From contig NC_045138.2 in the NCBI RefSeq assembly GCF_008831285.2, forward strand, positions 41,664,001-41,728,000: a DNA stretch of 64,000 nucleotides, written 5' to 3'. The notes beneath the pieces were generated by a model, which saw only the letters and a program-made list of their open reading frames with translations, searched no databases and was not told the origin of the DNA. Numbering within the stretch: position 1 is the first letter of the stretch; the number at the start of each line of letters is the position of its first letter. Positions 13,906 to 26,150 of this stretch are shown one piece after another. This DNA comes from Nymphaea colorata (Eukaryota). Position numbers and translations under genes: made by a program.

Positions 13906-14859
13906 TTTTTACTTATGAAATCTAAAACATCTAATGACATGTAACTAGGATGGAAATCCTCTCCCTTTCTCAAAGAAAGTGATGTTTTACAGAACTGGTG
14001 GGTTTGGGGTAGAAGAGCAAACTCTATGAACTTTCCCATAAATGATGGCTCTTCTACTGAAAAGAAACAAACTAAAGGACACAAGTTCCCAATAAATATA
14101 AGGTTGATAGTGACAAGGTTGCCGATCCCTGGTAAATCTAGGTTTTCTAATGATTGAAAAACTGTAAACAGTTGGAGAAAACTTCCCTTTCCTTGAAAAG
14201 AAGTTCATAATAAACTAGCTTGAGCGGCACATTTTAAGAAATCATTAAATAGAAAGGATAATCAAAGTATGGTTATGAAGTGGTGAACTGTTAGATTCCC
14301 CAACAAATAGTCTTCTATACAAAGTTTAACTAGCCATGAGCCTTTGATAGACCTAGAATTACATATTATTATGACAACAATTTTGTATACAATAACATCT
14401 TAAGAAGTGAGTTCCCCTCAAACTATTCCATAAGTATTGGATCTTATGATAGGTAAATCATATGAAAAGCAAACTCACTTGCATTTCCAAAAAAATGTAT
14501 GGTTTCTTTATGATGAACTAAAAAGATTTTTAGTTGCTAAGGTGGGAGAGTTTCTTCCATAGATGATCTCCTAGTCAACTAGAAGACTACTTTCAAAAAG
14601 AAAGTTTGAAATTAGATTGAAGATTGCTTTAAAATCACTAGTTCAACAACTAGATACGAATTTGCATGAAAAAGCAAGTCAAAACAAAGGACAAATTTTC
14701 TGGAATTCTTCCTTAGACTTAGGGTTCCTTGTGGAAAAAAAGCCAACATAACAAATAACTGTAGCCATAAAGTACTTAATAAATAAATGTTGTTTAAGGC
14801 CTACTTACATTTGTTAATCCCTCACGCATTGGATCACCACTTTTCTTTACCAATCATCT

Positions 14860-16480
14860 AAGCAAACTAAAGCTTCCATAGTCCTCAGCACCAATGAACT
14901 TTGATTGTCATTAAGAATTTGACCTCGTACCGTAAGCTCTTGCTGAAGCAACTAAAGTAATTGGAGTTGACAACATATCATGTATCATTTATTAAAATGT
15001 TGGATCATTGGATTCCTTATCTTTCTATCATTTCAAAATATTAAAGGAATCATCACCGTCGTCGTCTTTATCATGCTTAATCAACTTATATTCCAATTGT
15101 ATGTTGAGCATGCTTAATCAACTTATATTTCAATTGTATGTTGAGCTTGGACTTGGAAACAAGAAAAGAAATATTCTCAACTTCATCAAGAACTTAAAAA
15201 ATAACTTAAATGCACCATGTACCATATCGGCCTCTATTGGAAACATTATGTCTATTAGAAGAACTATTTATTATAATATAAGTAAAATTAGACCTATCAC
15301 TGCATTTTGAGTTTCATTTCTTTTAACATAATTCTCATAAACCTCTTGCAATATACTTTTTATCATTTTTACTTGTTTTTCCTTTCTTCTTTTGATTGAC
15401 AAGTTTTTTAATTCTAGTTGTAGATCCAATATAGATGCAATTGCCATTAAAAGTTACTTATTTTCTAATATTTATCAAAAATTCCCTTCATTTTTTCTTT
15501 TCATTTTTTTCATATGCGTGTCTTTTTTGTCAACATTTTCCTACTATACTTCTTGAATTTTCTAAATTTCAAGAAAAAAACAAGTTTGTTGTAAATAATT
15601 AGACTAAGAGAACATGACAGAGATATCATGGAAAACCTAAAGAAAATCAAATATCTGGGAAAGCCCTATCATTAGGTCAAAGCAGCCATATAAAACATTT
15701 TTGTATGCAAACAGAGTTTCCAAACATAAAATATATAGAATTTCATTGAGTAAAGTGTTTATACAAACTTCCTTGTAATTGAAATTTTCGATTCTTTTGT
15801 TGAAGCTGTAAAACTGTGAGTTTTGATAGTAAAAGTTTGAGATAATTGCATCTACAAAAGTAACGATTTCATCTGTAATGGCATTAACTCAACTTGCACC
15901 ATCAAATTCGAAGTCTCTGCTCAACATCACATAAGAAAAAATTTACCTTCATAACGTAAGTTTATGTCACTCTTTTTTATATTCCATTTTAATTTTCTTA
16001 CAAGAACATCATTTGAAGTAGCATTATCGACTGTAATAGATATTATTTTTCTTTGAATTTTTCATCTTAGGATGTTTAACAATTGCAGTTGCTAAAACTT
16101 TTCCAGTATGAGGTAGCTCAACTTCAGTAAAATTCAGGATACGTTGTTGCATTATATTCTCCATTTTCTATCAATAAAATGAGTAATGTACTAACATATA
16201 CCCAAGTTCTCGACTTGAAGGCTACATATCTGTAGTCAAAGCACTTTCATCAACATCCTTCGTAACATTTTTCAGTTTTTTTTTTGTTTTCATAAAATCT
16301 CATTACATCTCTCCAAATAGTTACATTTGAAGTTGGCACCCGCCTAAGAAAACCAAGCATAAGAAGAAATTTAAGTCAACAATTATCAGTTACAAAAAAT
16401 GCATGTTCTTTAATTACTACTACCTTTGCAATAACCACTCTTATTGACTACATGTTAATGTTGAAGCTCATCTTCTTCAG
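14860..16480 (-). pseudogene. Decayed hAT transposase
   Basis: Minus-strand fragments ALTTDM*, THFIDRKW, RILNFTEVELPHTGK, KIISITVDNA and dimerisation-domain-like DMLSTPITLVAS. Heavily disrupted; boundaries approximate. Confidence 0.7.
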
Positions 16481-17930
16481 CTTTTTTGTAACAATTGAAG
16501 TCTCACTCAAACTAAAACTTAAAACCCATTGTTTTTTGTCTACAAAACACTACACAGATTAATGAATGGGAAGCTAGTCAGCCTTGTATGAGGGCAGAAG
16601 TTGCAGATGAAAGGGTAAAAGAACTTGAAACAATACTTTATTGAAGCAAGAGAATTCACCTTTGAAACAACAACTCAAGTGTCTAACAATTTGTCGCTTT
16701 ATGTACCTTACAATATATGATCTTTTATGTAACTAAGCTCTTACAACACTAATTGACAATGTCTTTCATTACTGATTGTGTAGGTTGCGAAATACAAGTT
16801 GATCAAACAATGGATGGATGTATACACTTGATGTATGTTTTCAATTAATTTTGACATATAAAAATTGCAATTATGATTAGATTAACCTAAAAATGATATT
16901 GCCAATACAAGGGTGGCATGTCCTACAATATTTATATTTTATTATATTTAATGTTTTTGTTATTTTAAATTTTTAAACATATACACAGACAGTTGAATCC
17001 AACCCCCAAATTGTTTAATTGGTTGAATGATGACAATTACATTTACTTTGTTGACCAACAATCAACCTAATCAGCAAACTGGCGAAGACTCAAAAAAGAA
17101 AAGGCGCAGACGCATGAGCATTTTCTTTATGTTTGGATAGAGAGAAAGAGAGGGAAAAGGGAAGGAAATGGAAAGGAGAGAGAAATGAAGGGCAAGAAAA
17201 ATGATTAATGTACATACTTGTTTGGATAAAAAGGAAAGGAAAGGAAATAAAAATAAATTATGAAAAACACCTTTTTACCTGTAGTTTAATGTTTGTTTTA
17301 TTTATTCTTGTTTATTCCAACCCCGAAATTGTTAATGAAAACAGTTAAACCGGCGAAGACTCAACTAGAGAAACTAGAGAGAGGCAGGCGCGAGAGCATT
17401 TATTTGGATTAAAAAAATGCCACGGAAGAGGACCAAGGGGGCGAGCCTGATTTATTAAGCTCTTAATAAGAGGCTTATGGAGGGAGAGCAAGCAACATCA
17501 TCACCACACAGCCAGCAGCCGAAGTCGCAGGTAGGTGACGTGTTTCGCCTCCCTCCCCACGATCCCTTCGACGTTACTTACGCACTCGTTGCGTTACAAA
17601 CTAAATCTCACGCGACAGAAAGAAGAAAACAGAGAAAAAACGGACATTTTATTCCAGCCGCCATGCACTTTTTATTAAATACCGAAAAGGATATTTGGCG
17701 TCAACCCAATTGCCATCTCTTCTGTGGGAGAGAGAGAGCAGGGAGAGGCCAACGTCTTCGGTTCTTCTTCTTCCTCTTTTGAAGAGCTTCTTTTAAGAGC
17801 TTCTTTTAACTCCTCACTTTTGGTTTTCCTTCTTAAAGACCCCAAAAGGAAAAGAAAGGCCGGAGAAGAAGGGGCTGTTTTGGAGTTGCACCTGAGATGC
17901 AGTGGTGAGAAAATTTTGTCAGGCGGAAGC

Positions 17931-18296
17931 ATGGCAGATGTTTCGGTTGGGGCGCTCGTCCCCTCCGTGACCAACAATGGGCAGGGGAGGATGGGGTTCT
18001 CTGAGAAGGATAGCGCCACCGAGAGCAGCGGTGGTGCCGGCAATTTCAGTGGCAGCAACGAAAACAACAACGTGGGGAGTGATGGTAACTTGGCCCGCGG
18101 GATTGGGGTGGAGCTGGACAAGGACTTCCTATGCCCGATTTGCATGCAGATCATCAAGGACGCCTTCCTGACTTCCTGTGGCCACACCTTCTGCTACATG
18201 TGTATCGTCACCCACCTCAACAACAAGAACGACTGCCCCTGTTGCGCCCACTACCTCACAAACAACCACCTCTTCCCCAATTTCCTCCTGAACAAG
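17931..18296 (+). CDS. COP1: E3 ubiquitin ligase COP1, exon 1 (RING finger)
   Basis: MADVSVGALVPSV...LDKDFLCPICMQIIKDAFLTSCGHTFCYMCIVTHLNNKNDCPCC...FPNFLLNK, followed by a GT donor. Confidence 0.95.
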
Positions 18297-19592
18297 GTGT
18301 CCATCAGAATTCCCTCCCCATTTCTGCTTCTTTTTTCTTTTTGGTCTTTTTGTTTCCTTTTTGCTTTTCCTGTATGCAGTGGGAAATGTTCTACAATTGC
18401 CAAATTAGCTAATGGTTCTTTGAGACATGGTTCTTTGTCTCAACTTGAATGTGCCGCATGATTCTTCTTATGGTGTTGTTTTCCTTGTTCTCTTTGAAAT
18501 TGGGTGAAATCGGGGACTCGACATTCCTTTTCCATAATCCCTCTTTCGAATCTTCCATGTCTCGGTAATGTGCGTGGAGCTTTCCTGGTTGGAAACAGAA
18601 GAATTTCGTGTCTAGTTCGGCAAATTTAGTTCCCCCGTGCTGCTTTATAAACACAATATAGGTACAATCGGGAAAGGGGTGGATGATTAGCTAGTTCAGA
18701 AGGCAAGCCTCATTTTGAAAAGCGGCAAATTGACCATTCTAGGATTGCCATCTTCAGAGCCTAATCGATATCGAAACTCTAATCAGCAGTGCAAAATGAG
18801 GAAGAGATGGGGAAAGAAGGGTTCAGAATGATGGATTTAACGGGTTTTCAAAGGGAGGTGCTTGCCTGTCTAGAACATGTTCTTCTGATTTAATAAGGCT
18901 ACATTATGACTTAAAATTGAGTACCAAATGCAGAACGAGCATACATATCATAATTTCAGACAGGATCTCCTTTTCTCTCCTGAAGCCAGTGCATAGTTCT
19001 TGTGCATCCTATCTGGTTTCGTCCATTTTTCCCCTTAGCGTTGCCATTCCATCTCTAGCAGAGCCTATATCGTGACATGCTTTAGTCGAGAAACTTAGAT
19101 ACTTTTTAGCTGTGGAGTTTGTCTCTGCCACTTAGCACGGATGACCTATCTCATATATCTGAAAGTGGGGGCATAAAAAGATTCTAGAATATTGATATCA
19201 CAGGAATGAAGCCGCACAGAAAAAACTGAATTCTATTGACCAAGAAAAATGCTGCAAAACAGGCACTAGAGCCCTTAACAAAAGCATGGATGGGACAACA
19301 TTCCCTTTTTGTATAATAGACGATACAACAAGGAGATAAATGAGCTAGCTCCAACGGCTAGAAAACTAGTCGTTGTTAGCTGTTACTATCCAATGGCTAC
19401 ATCAGTCTAGGTGAACACTGAACAGCCATTTGAAACAAAGAAAAGCAAAAATAAAAAGACAGTGAAAAAAATCCATAAAGAACAAAGAAGAAGCGCCCCC
19501 CCCCCCTTCCCACACACACACACACATATATATGTATATATCTGCATAAACAGTTAATATATCGTACCTAACATTATGATATATGATAGTAT

Positions 19593-20050
19593 CATAGTCA
19601 CAAAAAAAAACTTTCTCGCATTTTAGATTGTGAGGTTTTTTTTCGGGTATAATACGGCAAGCTTGAAAAAAAGGAAAAAATATGCAGAAAATATGGTAAA
19701 TATTTAAAAATAAAAAAAACTGAAAATGAGGGAGAAATAAAATAAGTAAGAAACAAACAATACAAACATAAAAAAATAAGTAGATTTGCAATAAATAAAA
19801 ATTAGAAAATGAAAAAAAGTTTGACATTAAAAAAAACTTGAAAGAAATGAATAAAATGAAAAAACAGAAACAAAAGGAATAAATCGTTTTTTTGGTCATT
19901 TTTTTCTTGTTTTTCTCATTTTAATATTTTTTTTCAAAAAAACGGCATGCTTTTCAAGTTTTAAATGGCTAATTTATCAGTCACATTTTTTCGGCATTAA
20001 AAAAAAAGTGTTTTTTTTTTTGTTGAAAAAATGCGTTTTTTGTGACTATG
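19593..20050. mobile_element. MITE (CATAGTCACAAAAA TIR family) in COP1 intron 1
   Basis: Perfect 14-bp TIR catagtcacaaaaa / tttttgtgactatg. Confidence 0.75.
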
Positions 20051-20095
20051 GGTAACATATATAAATACATATAAGAGATTACATACATGAGCTTT

Positions 20096-21800
20096 TAACG
20101 TCCCTCTTCAAACATATGATCTAACAACCGAAATTTTGTTAAGTAAAAACTAAAATCTGGCACAAACAAGGGTTTGGTGAAGAAGTCTCAAAGTTGATAG
20201 TCAAAAGATGGAAAAGCTAGATCAATGGTCTTCCGAAGGTATTCTTCTTGAACATAGTGGCAATCCATTCGATATGGTTTGTTCTTTCATAAAATGTGTG
20301 GTTGCTTGCAATGTAGATAGTACTTTTGTTATCACAACATAATTTGGTGCTATGTCACATAGGTATGGGTACTGGTATGGGTACACAATTTTTCAAAAGA
20401 CTTGGGTGCCGGGGTATTTTTGTATATATATATATATAAATTAACAAGAAAGAAAAACTTAGGAAATATATATCAACATAAACAAATAAACAACATAGAA
20501 AATATATATCAACGGCTCTAGCAGCAGTATGTTTAAGAAACCTATGAAAAACTTTAAGCCTATGGACAATCGAGCAACGTCCTAGACAGTCAAATATGAA
20601 CATCAGTTGAATTTTCACATCCAAAACATGGCTCAGCATTGTGGAACTGGAAACTAAGCGCTAAATGCTGAACTGAAATGGTTCAGTTACAGAAAATGCA
20701 AGATTTAGGCACCAATTACAGAAAATACTGGAATGGCCTCAGCATCGTGAAGCATGGTTGCATACAAATGTAAAAGAGAAAGGATAGACATTATGATTTT
20801 TGAAGAAGAAAAAGAATGTTAAAAATGACAAACCAATAGCAGAAGAAAAACAAAAATACTCTCCTAAGAACAAGAATAAAAAGAAAAACAGTTGATGCAG
20901 GAAGGTCGTCGGAGGTCGTTGGAGGTTTTTTGAGGTTATTGGAAGTCGTTGGAGGTCTCCAGAAGAAATATCGCCCAAATCAGTCAACGTTCACCCAAAT
21001 CGTTTCCAACGGAGATCGCTGGAGTTTTTCGTCTGTAAACAGCGGCTGAGAAGAACAAAACAGAGCCCTCGACTTTGTTTCTATGTTTTCGAAAGGAAAT
21101 ACAAAAAGACCCCTAATTTTTCAGATGAAAATGGACTCGGTCAATGTTGACCGAGTCTGTTTTTGAATGGACATGGACCCGGTGCGTGCTGACCCATCTC
21201 CGGCCGTGTCCAATGGCATACCCGTACCCATACCGGTGTCGCACCTGACTAGTACAGGTACTCCTTCAAAATTGACGTACCCATGTTACACAGGTTTGGT
21301 GGCTTCTGTTTAAGTGAACTCCCATGTCCTTCAATAGACTTTTTAACCACACAATGGTAGAGGTGGTCATAGCTTGATACTGTGCTTCAGTTGATGAAAG
21401 AGAGAATTTATTTGGCTTCCTACACCTCTAAGGGGATTAAAGAACCACTTAGAAAAAGACAAAAATCAGTGGTAGAGTGCCTATTATCAGGATCACCTCC
21501 CCAATCAGCATAAGTCTAAGCAATTAAATTCAAATCAGATGTGGAGGATAAGAAGAGTCCTTTAGAAATGGTGTTTTTGATGTGGCGAACAATCTTCATT
21601 GCAGCTCCCATGTGTACTGGTGTAGGCTTTCGCTGAAATTGGCTTATAACATGTATTGCATTTGGATATGTCTGGTCTGGTGATGAAAAAATATGTTAAA
21701 AGCTCCAACTAGATGACGAAATGGTGTAGGACTTTCTAAGATTTCCCCATGATCCATTTTATCTTCACTCTCAAGGCTTCAGGATCCTCATGTGCAATTT
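20096..21800 (-). pseudogene. Old copia RT/RNaseH remnant, split by a MITE
   Basis: Minus-strand LCCDNKSTIYIASN..ERTNHIE plus degraded RT sequence after 21300. Boundaries approximate. Confidence 0.55.
20350..21293. mobile_element. hAT-type MITE (CTATGTCACA TIR family)
   Basis: TIR ctatgtcacataggta / tacccatgttacacag. 8-bp TSD atttggtg / gtttggtg. Confidence 0.8.
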
Positions 21801-24800
21801 TACATGAATTGTTAAGCTAATGGTTGTCTTGCTTATAGTGGATGGTACTTTTAGTGATATGAAATTTGAGTTCATATAGTAGTTGGGGTAACTGACAATC
21901 ATCGAGGCTGTTGTCAGACATTTTCAGAGGAAAAACTTGATAATGAAGTGTAAATGTATCCCCTGAATTTCCTACTTGCACACTTCTGCATGGATGATCT
22001 AGGAGAGTGCAAGTACTTGAGTGCCAAGAGATCTTTCTTCTGGGTCCTTTGTTGATTATTTTACATCATGTCTTTCCTCTGCATCAGTAAAGTTAGTAAA
22101 ATGATGAGAGACAGATATAGCGGTCATAAGAAAAAGGTGGCATCGTCTGTTTGTTACTTGGTTGGATCTTTGGCTGTAGCTTTTTTGAAGAATTATGGTA
22201 CTCCTTGATAAGATGTTGGATCTAATATGATCCAGATCCAACACGTCCAACTATTGTCTAATCACATTTATCTAAGCAGGGCCATGATTGTGATTTCTGT
22301 AATTGTTTCATTCTAAACTCTAGATTATTGTGTTTGCTTCACTTTAGACTCTAGATTATTGTGATTGCTTCATTCTAAATTCTTATAAATTGTGTAGAAG
22401 GATCGTTATATAAATGGGCTGCAGGAGAATGTAAAACCTCACCTCCCTTCCTCATTTCTCTTTTATTGTTCTCTCTCTTAACTTTTCCTTAGCTGAAACT
22501 GATCGTGCGTTATAGTTCGAAACCCAAAATCTATCATGGTATCAAAGCAAGGTTTGACTGGTTCTACCAAAGAGAATGCCTGAACTGACTTGAAATCTCC
22601 TAGTTGGTTTTCTCTTATACCCATTCCAACGTTCTTATATTTTTGTTAGTACTTAGTATATATCTATGTTGATAGATATATAAATTATCATGGATATTCT
22701 CTTCCAATCCAGTATGTCATCCAACTTCTACCACACCTTATTTCTGAAAAACTGAACCACTTCAACTGCCTTACCTGGAAAAGGCAGATCACTTCTTTCA
22801 TAAGGAGTCAAGATCTCTATGGGCATCTTGATGGTTCCAATACAATTCCACCACAATTCATTCAACAAGATATTAAGAATGAGAGAGGGGAGTTAATTTC
22901 CACTAGGAAATTCCTAATCCTGAATTTGTAACATGGATGAAGTGAAATCAAAGTCTTGTTGCATAAACACTCTCTCAAGAAGTGTTGATTTCTTTCTAAT
23001 GACTGTACAACAGGACAGTTATGGGTCAAACTTGCCGAAACTTATTCTCAGATTTCAGAGGCACGTATTCTATATTTGAAGAAGGAATTTCAAAGTCTTA
23101 GCAAAGGGTCAATGTCGACTATGGAATATTTGGGACGTGTTAAAGGGATAGCTGATTGGTTGGGAGTTGTTGGATACCTTGTTTCCGACAAAGAAAAAGT
23201 CCAACAGACTCTTAGCAGTCTTGGACTAGATTTTTATGCCTTCACTACTGCTTTTGAAGTTTTCCCTATTTTGCCCAACTTCAATGAACTTTAAGGTAAG
23301 CTGCGTCAACATGAAATGAACATGAAACAACTGATAGGAGGAACAAACCAAGGTAATGCTCACAATGTTTTAGTTATTGAAGCTGCTGCAGGTCATAGAA
23401 AAGGAAATGGGGTTCATCAAGGAGGCATGAATCGTGGGCACATTGGACACAATGGTCGAGGTATTCTGCCAACACCGAGTGTATTAGGAACATTTAAGAC
23501 CAATACAACAAAGAAAGTGCCAATGTGTCTCCAATGTAACGAGGGTCACATCCAAGAATGTCAAACTCCCACCAGCCGAAGGATTTTCCTCTGTGTATGT
23601 CAAAGATCTTCTAACAAAGAAAACATTCGCTAAAGGGGAACAACAAGGAAATATGTATGTCTTCAAGGAAAGTTTTTATTTCTTAGTCCTCTTCAAGTGC
23701 AGCTCAATTGACATGCTTTCCTTCGAACGCACCTTCACAAATTCCAAGTTTTATTGTCTCCAATCAGATGTCAATAAGCCACATTTATGGCATGGTCGTA
23801 TGGGACATTGTAGTCATAGGTTTCTAGAAAAATATGCATCAGATAATCTCATTCCAAAATCCAGTCTATCTTTTGATTCCTATGACAAAAAATGTTCTAG
23901 TTGCAAACTATGTAAGAGCCATATACTTCCTTTTCATAACATCAATAAAAGAGCTTCTAAACCTTTTAAGATTGTCTATTTTAATGTATGGGGGTCAGCT
24001 CCCATTGATTCCTTGTCTGGCTCCTGGTATTATGTTTTATTCATAGATTCTTATTCTCGATATACTTAGATTCACTTCATGAAACAAAAATCAAAAGTGT
24101 TTAGCATCTTTCGAGAATTTCATGCAATGATCCGAACACAGTTTTCGTCTAAGGTTGTGCATTTTCAGTGTGATGGAGGGGGAGAATATTATTTACATGA
24201 CTTTATTAACTTTTTACGAGAAAATGGGATAACTCGACTGATTTCATGCCCATACACCCCACAACAAAATGGCGTAGCTGCACGGAAACATAGTCACATC
24301 GTGAAAAGTAGTATGAGTATGATGCATGATAGTAATACTCCTATTACTCTATGGACAGAGGCTTTTCACACTGCTGTACATATAATAAATCGTCTGCCCC
24401 ATGATAGTTTTGGATTCAAAATCTCTTTACTTCATTCTTTTTGGTCGAAATCCAAACTACAATGATTTAAAGTTTTTTGGATGTGTGTGCTATGTTCACA
24501 TTGACTCATCATTAAGAAATAAATTTCAAAATAAAGCAGTCTAGTGCAGGTTTGTTGATTATGTAGATGAATACACAGGTTTCATATGTTATGACCCTGT
24601 AACCAGATGCATCAAAGTATCAAGAAATGTTGTGTTTGATGAACACAACTTTAACATTTCTACTGAGAACTCTCAACCCGTGGAATCATATGTGTTAAGA
24701 TTGTACGAATTGGATCGGGTTTGCCATCTTGCCCACAAGTCCACACATAATGGGCGGTGGCATACTTGTAAACACTTGTTTTCTCTATTTACTTATAACA

Positions 24801-26150
24801 TAAATTAGGTTATATCAATGACAAGGAGGAAGGGCCACGGTTGCTGCCCTCTTTTCTTTTCTCTCTCTCTATTGCACGTGCAGTCATCTCCTCTTCTTCT
24901 TCTCCTCTCGCATCTATGAAAGATTCCATCCAGTGGTTTGACATTATACCTCAAAATCTTACATGGTATCAGAGCCAGGTTGTTGCCACTGAGATTGTCC
25001 GGTAAGAAGTTTTATTCTCTGCCCTAATTTCTGTTTTTTGCCCTAACCCTAAAATCTCTGCCCTAATTTCTGCCCTACTTTCTGTTTTTTTGCCCTAACT
25101 GTAAAATCTTTGACCTAACCCTAAAATCCTTGATTTCTGCCCTTGTTCTTGACGTCTGCCCTAATCTAAAATTCCCTGTTTTTCTGATTGCTTTTGTCTA
25201 ACCTAGTACCTACCGTAAGCCTTCATCTTTATATGTATAGCCTCAAAATCAACCGTGGACCATCACAACCGCAATTCTTCCATATTGTCGTCCAGTTTTC
25301 TCTCTCAACTCATCTTCTAGAAGCTAAATCACACCAACTATTTGACTTGGAAACGTCAAATAGTCCCTTTCATGAAGAGTCACCGTCTCTATGGGCATCT
25401 CAATGGCACCACACCTGCACCACCCGAATGGATCATGCGAGAGGTGAAGAATGTTGCAGGGCAAATTCAAGAAACTGTTACTGAAATTAATCTTGAATAT
25501 GAAACGTGAATGGCACATGATCAATCCCTTGTAGCATATATCACCTCCACACTATCAGAAGAGGTTCTGGCGGGCGTTGATGATGATCTTTCAGTACTTG
25601 AGTTGTGGAATGTACTCGCTACCACGTATTCTCAAATATTGAAAGCGGGATTTCTACAACTCAAGAGGCAATTTCAGGATATCAAGCGAGGAACACGTTC
25701 AGTTTTGGAATACATACATGAAATAAAAAATGTTAGTGACCAGCTTGCAATCATCGGACACCCAATTAGTGACAAGGATAAGGTACAATATGCTTTGAGT
25801 GGATTGAGGTCAGATTTTGATGTTTTCTGCGCTGCATTAGAGATATTATCTGTTCTTGCCTCTTTTGAAGACCTGAAAGCTGTAAGAATCTTCACAAAGT
25901 ACTTGTCTCTCCGTATGCAAAACAGATATGTTGAGAAGAGAGGATGAAAGAAGACGATGGAGGAAAGGGAGCAGCCGGCTTAGCTTAGCCCTGCGTTCCT
26001 TAATCTTTTAATAAAAGAATAACCCTAATAGGGTACAACAGATTTGTACATAAAAAGATAAAAAATTACAAGAGAGCCACCGCCTAGTAACTTTAGGCGT
26101 GTGGATATAAGGAGAATGGATCGGGTCTAAACAGACCCGATCCCCATACG

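Noticed and set aside
17477..17782. 101-aa ATG-initiated ORF upstream of COP1
   Set aside because: No recognisable domain; it overlaps the probable promoter and is likely a chance ORF.
17724..17930. N-terminal extension of COP1 suggested by the 245-aa ORF
   Set aside because: It starts at a non-ATG codon. The ATG at 17931 gives the typical COP1 N-terminus, and the ORF tail past 18296 is intron.
19402..19899. 165-aa Phe-rich ORF
   Set aside because: Translation of a T-rich MITE strand.
22537..22548. tRNA-like sequence (tggtatca.agc, also at 24964, 30668, 32214, 43344, 53330 and 61436)
   Set aside because: These are primer-binding sites complementary to initiator tRNA-Met, not tRNA genes.
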